From contig DASRAU010000046.1 in assembly GCA_035638075.1 (NCBI GenBank), positions 101,283 to 165,282 on the forward strand: 64,000 nucleotides of DNA. Direction: 5' to 3'. This stretch comes from Verrucomicrobiia bacterium (GTDB lineage: Bacteria; Acidobacteriota; Polarisedimenticolia; Gp22-AA2). Below the pieces are notes generated by a model, which was given only the letters and a program-made list of their open reading frames with translations, was not told the origin of the DNA and ran no database searches. Position numbers and translations under genes: made by a program. Shown piece after piece: positions 8,894-20,581 of the stretch; within the stretch, counting starts at the first letter, position 1; each line of letters opens with the position of its first letter.

Positions 8894-10296
8894 CGCGCCA
8901 CCATCAGCAGCCACGGCGTCCCAACCGCCAGATAGAGGACCAGGCAGAACGCCGTGGTCAGGGCGCCGAGCTTGTAGAGATCCCCCTGCGACAGGTAGCC
9001 GCTCCCGGCGAACAGCAGGTTGGCGCTCGAGGCCTGCGGCGTGATGGAGGAGAACCAGTTGGTCGCGAACAGCAGATGAAAGGCGAGCGGCGCCGGGGCG
9101 ACCCCGAGCTTCACCCCGACCCCGAGGAAAACGCCGAACAGGGCCAGCAGGTGCGCGGTCTGGCTGACGAACAGGTAGTGCAGCAGGGCATAGGCGACCA
9201 CGAGCAGGATCCCCGCCGGCAGCGGCGACAAACCCTCCAGCCGGCCGACCAGGCGCTGGCCGAGGAACTCCATGAACCCGAGCTTGTTGAGCTGGTCGCT
9301 CATCGTGAACAGGACCGCGAACCAGATGAACGTCGCGAGGACGTCTCCTTCCTTCGCGATGTCGTCGAGGGTGAGCACCGCCGTCGCGAGCAGCAGGCCG
9401 AGCCCGAGGAAGGCGACCGCGGTGGCGTCCACTCCGAGCATCGCCGACGTGCCCCACAGGGCGACCATCCCGACGAAGGTGGCCGCGACGATCTTCTCGT
9501 CGCGCGTCAAAGGGCCGAGCGCCGCGAGCGCTTTGCGCGCCTCCGCCGGGGCGTCCGGCGTCGCCGTCACCTCGGGCCGGATGACTTTGTAGAGAAAGAC
9601 GGGAAGAAGCGCCATGGCGGCGAGCGTCGGCACCGAGGCGGCGACGAGCCACGACCCGAAGCTGATCGTGACCCCCAGGCCGCGGGCGATCTCCGCCCCC
9701 AGCGGGTTGGCGGCCATCGCCGTGAGCCACAGCGCCGACGACAGCGACAGGCTGGCAATCCCCGAGAACATCAGGAACCGGCCGAGGCGTCTCCGATCCT
9801 CCCGGTCCGGCTTCGCCCCCGCCGCCTCGGCCACCGAGAAGACCAGCGGATACAGGACCCCCGAGCGCGCGGTGTTGCTCGGGAACGCCGGCGCGATGAT
9901 CGCGTCCACCGCGAAGATGCTGTACGACAGGCCGAGCGTCGAGCGGCCGAACAGCGCGATGACGCGGTAGCCGAGCCGCTGTCCCAGCCCGCACTTGACC
10001 ACGGCGCGCGCCACGAGGAACGCGATGACGATCAGCAGGATGGTCGGGTTGCCGAAGCCGGCGTAAGCGTCCGCCGGAGCGAGCGTCCGCGTCAGCACCG
10101 CCGCCGCCACCGCGAGCACCGAGGCGGTCAGGATCGGGAACGCCCCGATCACGACCGACAGGATGGCCGCAGCGAACAGCGCGAACAGGTGCCAGGCGGG
10201 CGGGGTCAGCCCTTCGGGGACGGGGAGCACCCACAACCCCGCCGCCGCCGCGAAGGCGGCGAGGCGGAGCCAGGCACTCCGGCCCGGGGGCTTCAC
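8890..10296 (-). CDS. DASS-family (SLC13/CitT-like) divalent anion:Na+ symporter; GTG start
   Basis: 468 aa, about 12 TM segments, with duplicated hairpin-loop regions typical of DASS carriers. ATGA overlap with the downstream AspT-family gene. Confidence 0.75.
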   Translation of the reverse strand: MKPPGRSAWLRLAAFAAAAGLWVLPVPEGLTPPAWHLFALFAAAILSVVIGAFPILTASVLAVAAAVLTRTLAPADAYAGFGNPTILLIVIAFLVARAVVKCGLGQRLGYRVIALFGRSTLGLSYSIFAVDAIIAPAFPSNTARSGVLYPLVFSVAEAAGAKPDREDRRRLGRFLMFSGIASLSLSSALWLTAMAANPLGAEIARGLGVTISFGSWLVAASVPTLAAMALLPVFLYKVIRPEVTATPDAPAEARKALAALGPLTRDEKIVAATFVGMVALWGTSAMLGVDATAVAFLGLGLLLATAVLTLDDIAKEGDVLATFIWFAVLFTMSDQLNKLGFMEFLGQRLVGRLEGLSPLPAGILLVVAYALLHYLFVSQTAHLLALFGVFLGVGVKLGVAPAPLAFHLLFATNWFSSITPQASSANLLFAGSGYLSQGDLYKLGALTTAFCLVLYLAVGTPWLLMVAR

Positions 10297-10306
10297 GACC
10301 CCGGTC

Positions 10307-11719
<1,413 letters not shown>

Positions 11720-11796
11720 GACGAACCTCCCTTCAAACCGCCCGCCGCCGGGACCGGCCAGGTGCCGGACCCGGCGGCGGTTCACATCTTTTCAGC

Positions 11797-12837
11797 TCAC
11801 TTCGGCTTCATCGCATAAGGGTTGCCCCCGAGCGCGTTGCTGATGTCGGCGATCGCCTTCTGCGCCCGCACGCTGTTCCCCGCCTCGTCGAGCGGCGGGG
11901 AGATGACCGCGATGCCGAATTTTCCCGGCGAGACGGCGATGATGCCGCCGCCGACGCCGCTCTTGCCCGGCAGCCCGGTGCGGAAGAGCCATTTGCCGGA
12001 GTCATCGTAGAGCCCGGCGGTCGCCATCACCGCCAGGATCTTCGGAACGTTCTCGGTCTTGATCACCTGCTTTTTGGTGGCCGGGTTCCTGCCGCCGTTG
12101 GCGAGCGTCGCCGCCATCATGGCGAGATCCTTCGCGTTGACGCTCACCGAGCACTGCTCGGTGTAGATGTCGGTGGCGCGGTTCGGCTCCGCCTTGATGT
12201 AGCCATAGGCGTGCATCAGCATGCCGATGGCCTGGTTGCGCTGGTTGGTGTCCGCCTCCGACTTGAAAACCTCCTGGTTGACCTTGAGGGGCCGCCCGGC
12301 ACAGTCGGAATAGAAGGACAGGATCTTGCTCCAGATCTCGTCCCGGGTCGCCCCCTTGACGAGCGACGTCGTGGCGATGGCGCCCGGGTTGACGAGCGAG
12401 TTCATCTCCGGGCCGCCGAGCACCTTGTTCGCCATCTCGACCGCGACGATCGAGTTGAAGCGCATGCCGGTGGCGTCCACGCCGATGGTGTTGGCGATGA
12501 AGTCGGCGCCCGACTCCTCCATCACCTTGGCCATCGTGAAGACCTTGGAGATCGACTGGATGGAGACTTCCGAGGTGATGTCCCCGGTGGTGCTGACCGA
12601 CCCGTCCACGCCGACGAGCGCGATGCCGTAGATGTTCGAATCGACCTTGGCGAGGGCCGGGATGTAGTCGGCGTTCTTCCCTTCCTTGAGCGTCCTGTAC
12701 TTGTCGTACGCCGCCTTCATGGCGGCGTCGACCTGGGGCTTGGCGGGCGCCTGCGCGTGGGCGGCCGGAACCGCCGCCAGCGCGAAAACGAGCCCGAGCG
12801 CCAGCGCCCGGGTGGGTGTGATGGTCCTGGTGTTCAT
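11797..12837 (-). CDS. glsA: Glutaminase with Sec signal peptide (periplasmic)
   Basis: 346 aa. Signal MNTRTITPTRALALGLVFALAAVPAAHAQA. Serine-beta-lactamase-like glutaminase core (SISKVFT, GKSGVGGGIIAV). Confidence 0.85.
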   Translation of the reverse strand: MNTRTITPTRALALGLVFALAAVPAAHAQAPAKPQVDAAMKAAYDKYRTLKEGKNADYIPALAKVDSNIYGIALVGVDGSVSTTGDITSEVSIQSISKVFTMAKVMEESGADFIANTIGVDATGMRFNSIVAVEMANKVLGGPEMNSLVNPGAIATTSLVKGATRDEIWSKILSFYSDCAGRPLKVNQEVFKSEADTNQRNQAIGMLMHAYGYIKAEPNRATDIYTEQCSVSVNAKDLAMMAATLANGGRNPATKKQVIKTENVPKILAVMATAGLYDDSGKWLFRTGLPGKSGVGGGIIAVSPGKFGIAVISPPLDEAGNSVRAQKAIADISNALGGNPYAMKPK

Positions 12838-12859
12838 GCGCCTTCCCCTGCCTTTCTCC

Positions 12860-14113
12860 CTAGGTGCCGCTCTCGCGGGTGTTCTTCTTGAAGACGTCCT
12901 TGGTCGAGAAGGAGTAGTGGAACGAGAACTGGACGCGCAGGTCGTCGCCGCTGTCGTCGTCGTTGTCGGTCCGCTTGCCCCACAGCGCCTCGCCCCCGCA
13001 CATCACGTTCTTCGTCGGGTAGTAGAGGAGGTTCGCCGAGGCGTACTCGCCGTTGTGGTAGGCATCCACCGCCTGGAGATCCCGGTTGTCCACCTTGGTG
13101 AACGAGTAGCCGAAGGCGCTCGAGAACCTGTCGCTCCAGTACTGGTTGTAGTAGGCGCTGACACCGAGGAGCGGCAGCGCCGCCGGCTCGGGGTCGACGA
13201 GCGTCCCGTCCGCCGAGAGATCGACGCCGCCGTCGTTCATGTACGAGGCGATCCCCTTCCCCCAGACCACGCCGGCCATGATGGAGTTCTTCTTCTCCTT
13301 CCCGAGCTTCAGGGACCCGGTCAGATCGACGCCATAGCCCGTCTCGCTCCCCTTCGGCTCGGCGTCGGGCGCGCCCGGGGTGTCGAAGGCGACCTTCCTC
13401 AGGAGGCCGGCCACCTGCCAGTGTCCCCAGCCCTCGACGTTGCGGAACTGCGCCGTGAAGTCGGGGACCTTCTCCGACCCGGTCACACCACCCAGGGCCG
13501 GGTCGATCTCCCGGATCTGACCTGGATCGACGTCGCTCGACGGCCTCTCGATGGCGATGGAGAAGGTCCGGTGCTCCGTCTGGACGAATGAATAGCGGAT
13601 CTGCGGGTTGCGGATGAACACCATCCCGGCCGGGCCCCAGTAGTCGATGACGTTCGGGAAGATGCTGGCGTCCATGAACAGCGTGTTGGTCTGCCCGGCG
13701 AGCCAGTGGTTCCATTCGCCGTAGGCGTGCCGCAGGCGGATGGTCGTCTGCCCTTCGTCCACGCCCACGCCGAACATGTCGAACTCGAACTTGGTGTAGA
13801 CGGGATGGTTGCTGGTCGGGAAGTTCATCAGCACGCCGAGCCGGCTCTGCTTCGCCGACAGGCTGGCCTGGCCGTCCTCGCCGAACTGGTCGTCGGTGGT
13901 CGGGATCTTCGACGGGCGCAGCGTGTCGTTCCAGGCCGGATCCACCCGCTTGAAGTCCTGGATGTAGTCGGCCTGCACGAAGCCGTACACCTCGACGTGC
14001 GGCGTGTTGTCCTGCGCCAGCGCGGTTCCCGTGCCCGGGAACGCGACCAGAAGCGCCGCCATGACGACGAAAGTCCCTGCCGCCGAGAACCACCTCCGAG
14101 TGCTGTTTTCCAT
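12860..14113 (-). CDS. DcaP-like outer-membrane porin (putative)
   Basis: Internal ATG 14113 (RBS AAGGAGG) gives 417 aa. Signal peptide ...VVMAALLVAFPGTGTALAQ, a long beta-rich region and C-terminal aromatic-rich strands. Family assignment by overall pattern only. Confidence 0.5.
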   Translation of the reverse strand: MENSTRRWFSAAGTFVVMAALLVAFPGTGTALAQDNTPHVEVYGFVQADYIQDFKRVDPAWNDTLRPSKIPTTDDQFGEDGQASLSAKQSRLGVLMNFPTSNHPVYTKFEFDMFGVGVDEGQTTIRLRHAYGEWNHWLAGQTNTLFMDASIFPNVIDYWGPAGMVFIRNPQIRYSFVQTEHRTFSIAIERPSSDVDPGQIREIDPALGGVTGSEKVPDFTAQFRNVEGWGHWQVAGLLRKVAFDTPGAPDAEPKGSETGYGVDLTGSLKLGKEKKNSIMAGVVWGKGIASYMNDGGVDLSADGTLVDPEPAALPLLGVSAYYNQYWSDRFSSAFGYSFTKVDNRDLQAVDAYHNGEYASANLLYYPTKNVMCGGEALWGKRTDNDDDSGDDLRVQFSFHYSFSTKDVFKKNTRESGT

Positions 14114-14190
14114 CGTGCCTCCTTGCGAGTCTGAGTGGACGGTCGACGTGCCGGAGCCGTTCAACGCTCCGCTGCTCTCTTCACTGGCCC

Positions 14191-15264
14191 TCACTTCGCG
14201 TGCGCCTTCTCCCAGGCCCGCACCTTCATGCGGGCCGCGTCGAACAACCGCTCGTAGTTGCCGCGCAGGAATTTCGCGCGCGCGTCCGGCGTCAGTTTCG
14301 CCAGCAGCGGCGCGTACAGGTCATAGGTCTTGAGGTAGCTCTTCTGGTTCGACGGCGCGACCTCGTCGGTGCCGAACAGCACCCGATCGGGGTTGCGGTT
14401 GATGAAGTCGGCGGTCGCGGCGATCGACTCGGGGGAGGCCACGGCGTATTTCGCCACCTCGTCCCACGACAGATCGACGTACACGTTGCGGAGCTTCGCC
14501 ATCGCCAGGGCCCGCTCGATGATGCCGAGCTGGTCGCGGACGGGATGAACGATGCGCCCGAGCCCCATGTGGGCCCAGATGACGGTGGCGTCGGGGTGGC
14601 GCGACAGGAGCTCGCGGAGCTGCACGGCCGGGTACGGATCCTGTCCCGGCTTCGGGAAGGGCATGTCGATGTCGTTGTGCAGCAGGACCACCAGACCCGC
14701 CTCGGCGGCGAAGTCGAGGATGCGGTCGAGCGCCGGGTTCGTCAGGCTGGCGGTCTCGCCGGCGACCTTCGACGAGACGAACTCCTTGTGGATGGTGAAC
14801 TCGCCGATGCCGGAGAAGACCCCGGGGAAGGTCAGAAGCACCCGCCGGATGTGATCGGCGGCGTACATGTCGGCCGGGTTGAAGCCGGTGATCATCGGGT
14901 CGAAGCGCGCCTGCTCGCTCTTCGCGAGGGAGCGGTACGCCATGGCGATGAAGGCGTCGGTGAACGAGTAGTAGTAGAGAGGCGCGTCGGACTGGAGGTA
15001 ATACGTGGGCGCGAAATCCCCGCTGTTGCCGTACGACCAGGTCTGCTGCAGCGGGATGCCGAACAGCGCCACCCGGCCCACCTTGTCCCCCATGATCTTC
15101 AGGAACTCGCGGATGTCGGTGCCTTCCTGGACGTAGTTGGTCAGGTGGAAGTGGCAGTCGTTCACGACCTCCGCCGAGCCCGACGCCGGGGCCGGAGCGG
15201 CGCCCGCGGCGCCGTTCGCCAGGAGCGCCGCGAGCAGGACCGCGCCGGCAACTCGGAGCCGCAT
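14191..15264 (-). CDS. Secreted amidohydrolase-2-family (TIM-barrel metal-dependent) hydrolase
   Basis: 357 aa from ATG 15264. Signal MRLRVAGAVLLAALLANGAAGAAPA. N-terminal DCHFHL metal-binding motif and HMGLG. ATGA overlap with the upstream porin gene stop. Confidence 0.6.
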   Translation of the reverse strand: MRLRVAGAVLLAALLANGAAGAAPAPASGSAEVVNDCHFHLTNYVQEGTDIREFLKIMGDKVGRVALFGIPLQQTWSYGNSGDFAPTYYLQSDAPLYYYSFTDAFIAMAYRSLAKSEQARFDPMITGFNPADMYAADHIRRVLLTFPGVFSGIGEFTIHKEFVSSKVAGETASLTNPALDRILDFAAEAGLVVLLHNDIDMPFPKPGQDPYPAVQLRELLSRHPDATVIWAHMGLGRIVHPVRDQLGIIERALAMAKLRNVYVDLSWDEVAKYAVASPESIAATADFINRNPDRVLFGTDEVAPSNQKSYLKTYDLYAPLLAKLTPDARAKFLRGNYERLFDAARMKVRAWEKAHAK

Positions 15265-16832
15265 CAGAAATTCATCTCCATGTTGACGTGGTAGACATCG
15301 CCGTCGCCGCCGACCGGGTAGGGCACCGCCGCGTAACCGACGGGGCAGTTGTTCAGCCGGATCCACTCGGCGTTGAGCCGGAAGCCCCGCTTCTTCAGCG
15401 GATACCAGTTCGCCCCGGCGCGGATCTCCGTGCTGTCGCCGAAGTCACCGTTGATCTCCGCGCCGCCGGCGTAGAGTTGCAGCGCGTTCTTGATCACCAT
15501 GGCGGACGCCTGCACCTGGTAGCCGTCGTCGGTGATCGGCTCGAGCAGGTCGGTGCCGGGGCCCCTGTAGTCGCTCAGCCGGCGCCGGAAGTACTCCGCC
15601 TCGACCGAGAACCCCTTGTACTTGAAGCCGCCGTCGAGACTCGCCATCTCGTAGAGGACGTCGGTGACGTTGATGCCGACGCCGAAGAGATCGGGGGTGA
15701 AGATGACGCTGCCGTCGGTGAGGCGGATCTGGCTGTTCTCGATCGAGTCGGTCCCCGGCTGCGACTGCTGATTCTCATGACTCTTGGTGTAGTGCCCGGC
15801 GAGGCGGGTCGCGGGCTTCTCGTGCCAGTCGTAGTCGCCGAAGGTGCCGTACAAGCCGAACTCTCCCGTCGTCGGCAGCCACTGCAGCATGTACGACATG
15901 GTGTTCAGGCCGTTGTCGATCTGCGTGGCGCTGACGCCGAGCGTGCTCAGGTTGTTCCCGAGCATCACCATGTACTTGAGCTTGGTGGTCAGCTCCCCCT
16001 TGATCCAGGCGCCGCTCGTGTAGGAGCCGCGGAAGAACTCGTCCGACGTCAGCCGGTCGTCCACCCCGAGCCAGTAGGGGAACTGCCCTTCGGTGCTGCG
16101 GGTGCTCGGGAGGCTGGTGATGCCGGCGCCGAAAGTGACGAAGCGGTTGAAGGTCCACGACAGGTTCCCGGCGCCGACCACCTGCGCCGGATCCCCCTGC
16201 GAGGTGTTGGCCGACCAGACGTACAGGTAATAGCGCAGGCGCGGATCGAGGAACCAGCCCGAGAACGGCAGGAAGAACTTCACCAGCTGGATGTCCTCGC
16301 GCAGCTGCACGTTGTGCTCGTTGCCGAAGAAGTCGGTGTACGACGGCTCGAGGCTTTCCTGGTTCAGGTAGCGCGCGTAGGAGAAGAGCCGCATGTAGAT
16401 CTGGCCGTTGTCGCCGTCGAAGAGGAGGAACCCGGCGTTCGGCACGTACCGCGGCGCGCGCTGCTTCGTCGCGACCTTCTCCACCGCCTGCGACAGCTCC
16501 TCGCCGACCACGAACTCGCCGGTGCAGCCGTCCGAGACCCAGACGCCGTCATCGTCGTAGCCCCAGGTCTTGCCCAAAAGGCAGGACGCCTGTCCCGACG
16601 AGCGCAGCAGCGCCACCCCCTTGGTGGTGTTGGCGGGACAGTGGTTGCGCTCGCCGAGCTTCGAGGCGCACGTGATGGTGACCGCCTCCCGGGCTTTCTG
16701 CAGCTCGTGCGACTGCGGCTGGTCCACGGGAGGAGGCGGCGCGCCCTGGGCGATCAGCGCGGAGGGGAGGAGAGCCGTCACGGCGAGCCCCAGGAGGCCC
16801 GCCAGCGCGGCGGCCGGGACCTTGCCTCGCAC
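15264..16832 (-). CDS. Outer-membrane beta-barrel protein with N-terminal four-Cys DUF3011-like domain; GTG start
   Basis: 522 aa. Signal peptide, then ITCASKLGERNHCPAN..SCLLGKTWGYDDDGVWVSDGCTGEF (4 Cys; WG..DG.WV..GC motif), then about 400 aa of alternating beta-strand pattern ending ...MEMNF. Confidence 0.55.
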   Translation of the reverse strand: MRGKVPAAALAGLLGLAVTALLPSALIAQGAPPPPVDQPQSHELQKAREAVTITCASKLGERNHCPANTTKGVALLRSSGQASCLLGKTWGYDDDGVWVSDGCTGEFVVGEELSQAVEKVATKQRAPRYVPNAGFLLFDGDNGQIYMRLFSYARYLNQESLEPSYTDFFGNEHNVQLREDIQLVKFFLPFSGWFLDPRLRYYLYVWSANTSQGDPAQVVGAGNLSWTFNRFVTFGAGITSLPSTRSTEGQFPYWLGVDDRLTSDEFFRGSYTSGAWIKGELTTKLKYMVMLGNNLSTLGVSATQIDNGLNTMSYMLQWLPTTGEFGLYGTFGDYDWHEKPATRLAGHYTKSHENQQSQPGTDSIENSQIRLTDGSVIFTPDLFGVGINVTDVLYEMASLDGGFKYKGFSVEAEYFRRRLSDYRGPGTDLLEPITDDGYQVQASAMVIKNALQLYAGGAEINGDFGDSTEIRAGANWYPLKKRGFRLNAEWIRLNNCPVGYAAVPYPVGGDGDVYHVNMEMNF

Positions 16833-16834
16833 CG

Positions 16835-17386
16835 CTAGTCGACTTTGACGATGAGCGCGTTCGAATAGGTGACGTCGACGCGGTCGCCGGGCTTCACGCC
16901 CTTGAGGAGCTTCTTGTCCTCGACCCGGACGCTGACGGTGTGGTAGTCCCGGGCGAGGAAGGTGAGCACGCCCGAGCCGCGATCCACGTCCTTCACCAGC
17001 ACGGTCCCGGTCATCTGCCGGGTCACGGTACCGCCCGGCTTCGGCCCGGTGCCGCGGACGATCGACGCTTCCCCGCTCGCGGCGGCGGGCAGCGGCTGCC
17101 CCGGCTTGCGGACGCTCACCGCGATCGCTTCCGTGTACTCGAAGGTGACCGTGTCCCCGATCTGCAGCTCGTCGAAGCGCTGGATCCCGGGCTCGGCATA
17201 GAGGGTCTGGAGGTTGCCGTCTCTGTCCTTCAGGGACACGGTGCGGCCGGCGCGGTCGATCGCCTCGATCTTCGTCTTGAGGGTGATCGTCCCCTTCTTC
17301 TCGATCGGCTGCGGTTCCGCGGCGATCGCCGTCAGGGCCACGGCAAGCCCGATGCCGAGCGCGGCGACCAGCAGGATGCCTTTCAT
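16835..17386 (-). CDS. Secreted tandem CusF-like (OB-fold) two-repeat protein, paralog 1
   Basis: ATG 17386 with RBS GAGGAGGG; signal MKGILLVAALGIGLAVALTAIAAE. Two about 60-aa repeats (TITLKTKIEAIDRAGRTVSLKDRDGNLQTL..FDELQIGDTVTFEY and TGTVLVKDVDRGSGVLTF..LKGVKPGDRVDVTY). The repeats resemble CusF topology but lack its His/Met/Trp ligands. Confidence 0.6.
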   Translation of the reverse strand: MKGILLVAALGIGLAVALTAIAAEPQPIEKKGTITLKTKIEAIDRAGRTVSLKDRDGNLQTLYAEPGIQRFDELQIGDTVTFEYTEAIAVSVRKPGQPLPAAASGEASIVRGTGPKPGGTVTRQMTGTVLVKDVDRGSGVLTFLARDYHTVSVRVEDKKLLKGVKPGDRVDVTYSNALIVKVD

Positions 17387-17475
17387 GGCTGAACCCTCCT
17401 CAGGGGCGATCCCCCCCAGGATCATCGGGGCTTATATCACGGTGAGACCCGCTCCTGCTGCCAGGCGCGCGGGTT

Positions 17476-18198
17476 TCAGACGGCCTTCAAACCCTGAGAG
17501 CGGAACATCGCGACGGCGCGTTCCGCGCTCCCGGACGACGGCGGCTCGGTGGCCTCGAGCGTGTAGTCCATCTTCAGCTCCTTCCACTTGAAGCGCCCCA
17601 GCTGGTGGAACGGCAGGACGTCCACGCGCTCGACGTTGCCGAGTTCCCGGCAGAATGTCGCGATCGGCTCGATGTTCTCCACGTCGTCGGTCAGGCCCGG
17701 GACGAGGACGAAGCGGACCCAGACGGGACGCCGCTTCGCCGCCAGGCGACGGGCGAAGTCGTGCACCGGGCCGACCGGCTGCCCGGTGAGCCTGCGGTGC
17801 CGCGCGTCGTCCCACGTCTTGAGATCGAGGAGGACCAGGTCGAAGGCCTCCAGCTCGGCGTCCGACAGGCGCTCGCCGAGGAAGCCGTTGGTGTCGAGCG
17901 CCGTGTGGATCCCCATCCGGCGCGCCGCCGTGGCCAGGTTCACGACGAAGCGGTCCTGCACCAGCGGCTCGCCGCCGCTGATGGTGAGCCCGCCCGACAT
18001 CACCTGGAGCCCGCTGCGGTACTTCGCCAGCTCCTCCGTGGCACGCGCCAGGGTCACCGGGATGCCGTTGCTCATCTTCCAGGTGTCCGGGTTGTGGCAG
18101 TAGAGGCACTTGAACTGGCAGCCGGTGGTCCAGACGACCACGCGCATTCCCGGCCCGTCCACGGCCGACGCGGTCGTGAACGAATGCAGGAACCCCAT
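17476..18198 (-). CDS. pflA: Pyruvate formate-lyase activating enzyme (radical SAM)
   Basis: 240 aa from ATG 18198. GFLHSFTTASAVDGPGMRVVVWTTGCQFKCLYCHNPDTW matches the PflA N-terminus including the CxxxCxxC radical-SAM motif. Confidence 0.85.
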   Translation of the reverse strand: MGFLHSFTTASAVDGPGMRVVVWTTGCQFKCLYCHNPDTWKMSNGIPVTLARATEELAKYRSGLQVMSGGLTISGGEPLVQDRFVVNLATAARRMGIHTALDTNGFLGERLSDAELEAFDLVLLDLKTWDDARHRRLTGQPVGPVHDFARRLAAKRRPVWVRFVLVPGLTDDVENIEPIATFCRELGNVERVDVLPFHQLGRFKWKELKMDYTLEATEPPSSGSAERAVAMFRSQGLKAV

Positions 18199-18293
18199 CT
18201 GTCCGGTCTGGAGTGCGGTGCGGACGTCCGCTTCGGGAACGCCCTCGCCGAGATGGACCCGCAGCTCGTAGGGGCTTTTCGCTTCGAGGTCGC

Positions 18294-20567
18294 TCACGAG
18301 GCGCCCGCGCCGTGGAACGTGCGGTTGATGACGTCCATCTGCTGCTCTTTCGACAGCCGCACGAAGTTGACGGCGTAGCCCGAGACCCGGATCGTCAGGT
18401 GCGGGTACTTCTCGGGGTGATCCATCGCGTCGAGCAGCGTCTCGCGGTTCAGGACGTTGACGTTCATGTGGAAGCCGGTCGATCCGAAGAAGGCGTCGAG
18501 CGCGCCGCGCAGGTTGGCGATGCGATCTTCGGGAACGCGGCCCAGCCCCTCGGGAAGGATCGACGCGGTCAGCGAGATGCCGTCCGCCGCGTCGCGGTAG
18601 GGGATCTTCGCGACCGACGAGGCGGAGGCCTGCAGCCCGTGGCTGTCGCGCCCGTGCATGGGATTGGCCCCGGGAGCGAACGGTTCCCCCTGCCGCCGGC
18701 CGTCGGGGGTGTTGCCGGTGTTCTTGCCGTAGACCACGTTCGAGGTGATGGTGAGCACCGATTGCGTGTGCAGGGCGTTGCGGTAGGTCGGGTACTTGCG
18801 CAGCATGGCCATGAAGGTGCTGACGACCCACGACGCCAGGTGATCCACCCGGTTGTCGTTGTTGCCGAACTGCGGAGACTTGCCCTCGACCTTGTAGTCC
18901 TTCACGAGGCCGGTCTCGTCCCGCACGACCGTCACCTTCGCGTGCCGGATGGCCGACAGGCTGTCGGCGACGACCGACAGCCCAGCGATGCCGAAGGCCA
19001 TCGTCCGCAGCGGCGCGTAGTCGTGCAGCGCCATCTCCAGCCGCTCGTAGGCGTACTTGTCGTGCATGTAGTGGATGACGTTCATGGCGTTGACGTACAC
19101 GCCGGCGAGCCACTCCATCATCCGCTCGAACTTCTCGATCACGTCCTCGAAGACCAGCGCATCCCCCTGCACCGGATCGAAACGGGGCGCGATCTGTTCC
19201 CCGCTCATCTCGTCGCGGCCGCCGTTGATGGCGTAGAGGAGGCACTTGGCGAGATTGGTGCGGGCGCCGAAGAACTGCATCTGCTTGCCCAAAAGCATCG
19301 GCGAGACGCAGCAGGCGATGGCGCCGTCGTCCCCCCAGGCGCGGCGCATCATCTCGTCGCTCTCGAACTGGATCGACGAGGTCTCGATGGCCACCTTCGC
19401 GGCGTAGCTGCGGAACCCGTCCGGCAGCTTCGGCGAGTACCAGATCGTCAGGTTCGGCTCGGGGGCCGGCCCCAGCGTGGACAGCGTGTTGAGGAAGCGG
19501 AAGGAGCTCTTCGTCACGAGCGCGCGCCCGTCGTCCCCCATGCCGCCGATCGACTCGGTCACCCAGGTCGGATCGCCGGCGAACAGCTCGTCGTATTCCG
19601 GGGTGCGCAGGAAGCGGACGATGCGCAGCTTGATGACGAAGTCGTCGAGGATCTCCTGCGCCTGCTCCTCGGTCAGCGTCTTCTCCGTCAGGTCCCGCTC
19701 GAAGTAGACGTCGAGAAAGGTGGAAGTCCGCCCGAGCGACATGGCGGCGCCGTTCTGCTCCTTCACCGCCGCGAGATACGCGAAGTAGAGCCACTGCACC
19801 GCCTCCCGGGCGCTTGTCGCCGGGCCGGAGATGTCGAAGCCGTAGGCTTTGGCCATCTCCTGCAATTCGCCGAGGGCGCGGATCTGCTCGCTCAGCTCCT
19901 CGCGGTCGCGGATGATGTCCTCGGTGGACATGCGCGCGTCGAGCCGGTTCTTCTCGTTCTGCTTGCGCTCGACGAGGCGCGCCACGCCGTAGAGCGGCAC
20001 CCGCCGGTAGTCGCCGATGATGCGCCCGCGCCCGTAGGCGTCCGGCAGACCGGTGAGGATGTGCGAGGAGCGGCAGCGGCGGATGTCGGCGGTGTAGGCG
20101 TCGAACACGCCGTCGTTGTGCGTCTTGCGGTATTTCGTGAACGTCTCGACGACGTGCGGGTCGGCCTCGTAGCCGTAGGTCTTCAGCGCCCCCTGCACCA
20201 TGCGGAAGCCGCCGTTGGGCATGATGGCGCGCTTGAGGGGTGCTTCGGTCTGCAGCCCGACGATGATCTCCCGCTCGCGCTCGATGTAGCCGGGCTGGTG
20301 CGCCAGAATACCGCTGGGGATCTGCGAGATGTCGAGGACCCCCTTCTTGCGCTCCTCGACGAACAGGACGTTCAGCTTCTCCCAGATTCCCTGCGTCCGC
20401 TTCGTCGCCCCGGCGAGGAACGCTTCATCCCCTTCGTACGGCCGGTAGTTCGCCTGGATGAAGTCGCGGACGTCGATCTCCCGCTTCCACAGGCCGTCGG
20501 CGAACCCGCGCCAGGCCTTCGTCGTGTCGATCGGCTTCTTGTCCTCTTTCACTTTCACCGTCTTCAT
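18294..20567 (-). CDS. pflB: Formate C-acetyltransferase (pyruvate formate-lyase)
   Basis: 757 aa from ATG 20567 (verified: [11 protein letters not shown]). Catalytic Cys pair (GAIACCVSP) and C-terminal glycyl-radical motif [11 protein letters not shown]. Confidence 0.9.
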   Translation of the reverse strand: MKTVKVKEDKKPIDTTKAWRGFADGLWKREIDVRDFIQANYRPYEGDEAFLAGATKRTQGIWEKLNVLFVEERKKGVLDISQIPSGILAHQPGYIEREREIIVGLQTEAPLKRAIMPNGGFRMVQGALKTYGYEADPHVVETFTKYRKTHNDGVFDAYTADIRRCRSSHILTGLPDAYGRGRIIGDYRRVPLYGVARLVERKQNEKNRLDARMSTEDIIRDREELSEQIRALGELQEMAKAYGFDISGPATSAREAVQWLYFAYLAAVKEQNGAAMSLGRTSTFLDVYFERDLTEKTLTEEQAQEILDDFVIKLRIVRFLRTPEYDELFAGDPTWVTESIGGMGDDGRALVTKSSFRFLNTLSTLGPAPEPNLTIWYSPKLPDGFRSYAAKVAIETSSIQFESDEMMRRAWGDDGAIACCVSPMLLGKQMQFFGARTNLAKCLLYAINGGRDEMSGEQIAPRFDPVQGDALVFEDVIEKFERMMEWLAGVYVNAMNVIHYMHDKYAYERLEMALHDYAPLRTMAFGIAGLSVVADSLSAIRHAKVTVVRDETGLVKDYKVEGKSPQFGNNDNRVDHLASWVVSTFMAMLRKYPTYRNALHTQSVLTITSNVVYGKNTGNTPDGRRQGEPFAPGANPMHGRDSHGLQASASSVAKIPYRDAADGISLTASILPEGLGRVPEDRIANLRGALDAFFGSTGFHMNVNVLNRETLLDAMDHPEKYPHLTIRVSGYAVNFVRLSKEQQMDVINRTFHGAGAS

Positions 20568-20581
20568 CGCCCTCACCTTCT

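Noticed and set aside
18198-18299. pflA starting at GTG 18297-18299 (GTGA overlap with pflB stop), adding 33 aa
   Set aside because: E. coli-type PflA begins only about 4 residues before the conserved G(R/F)IHSFE motif, which corresponds to ATG 18198. The longer form would add a non-conserved acidic tail, though coupling to pflB cannot be ruled out.
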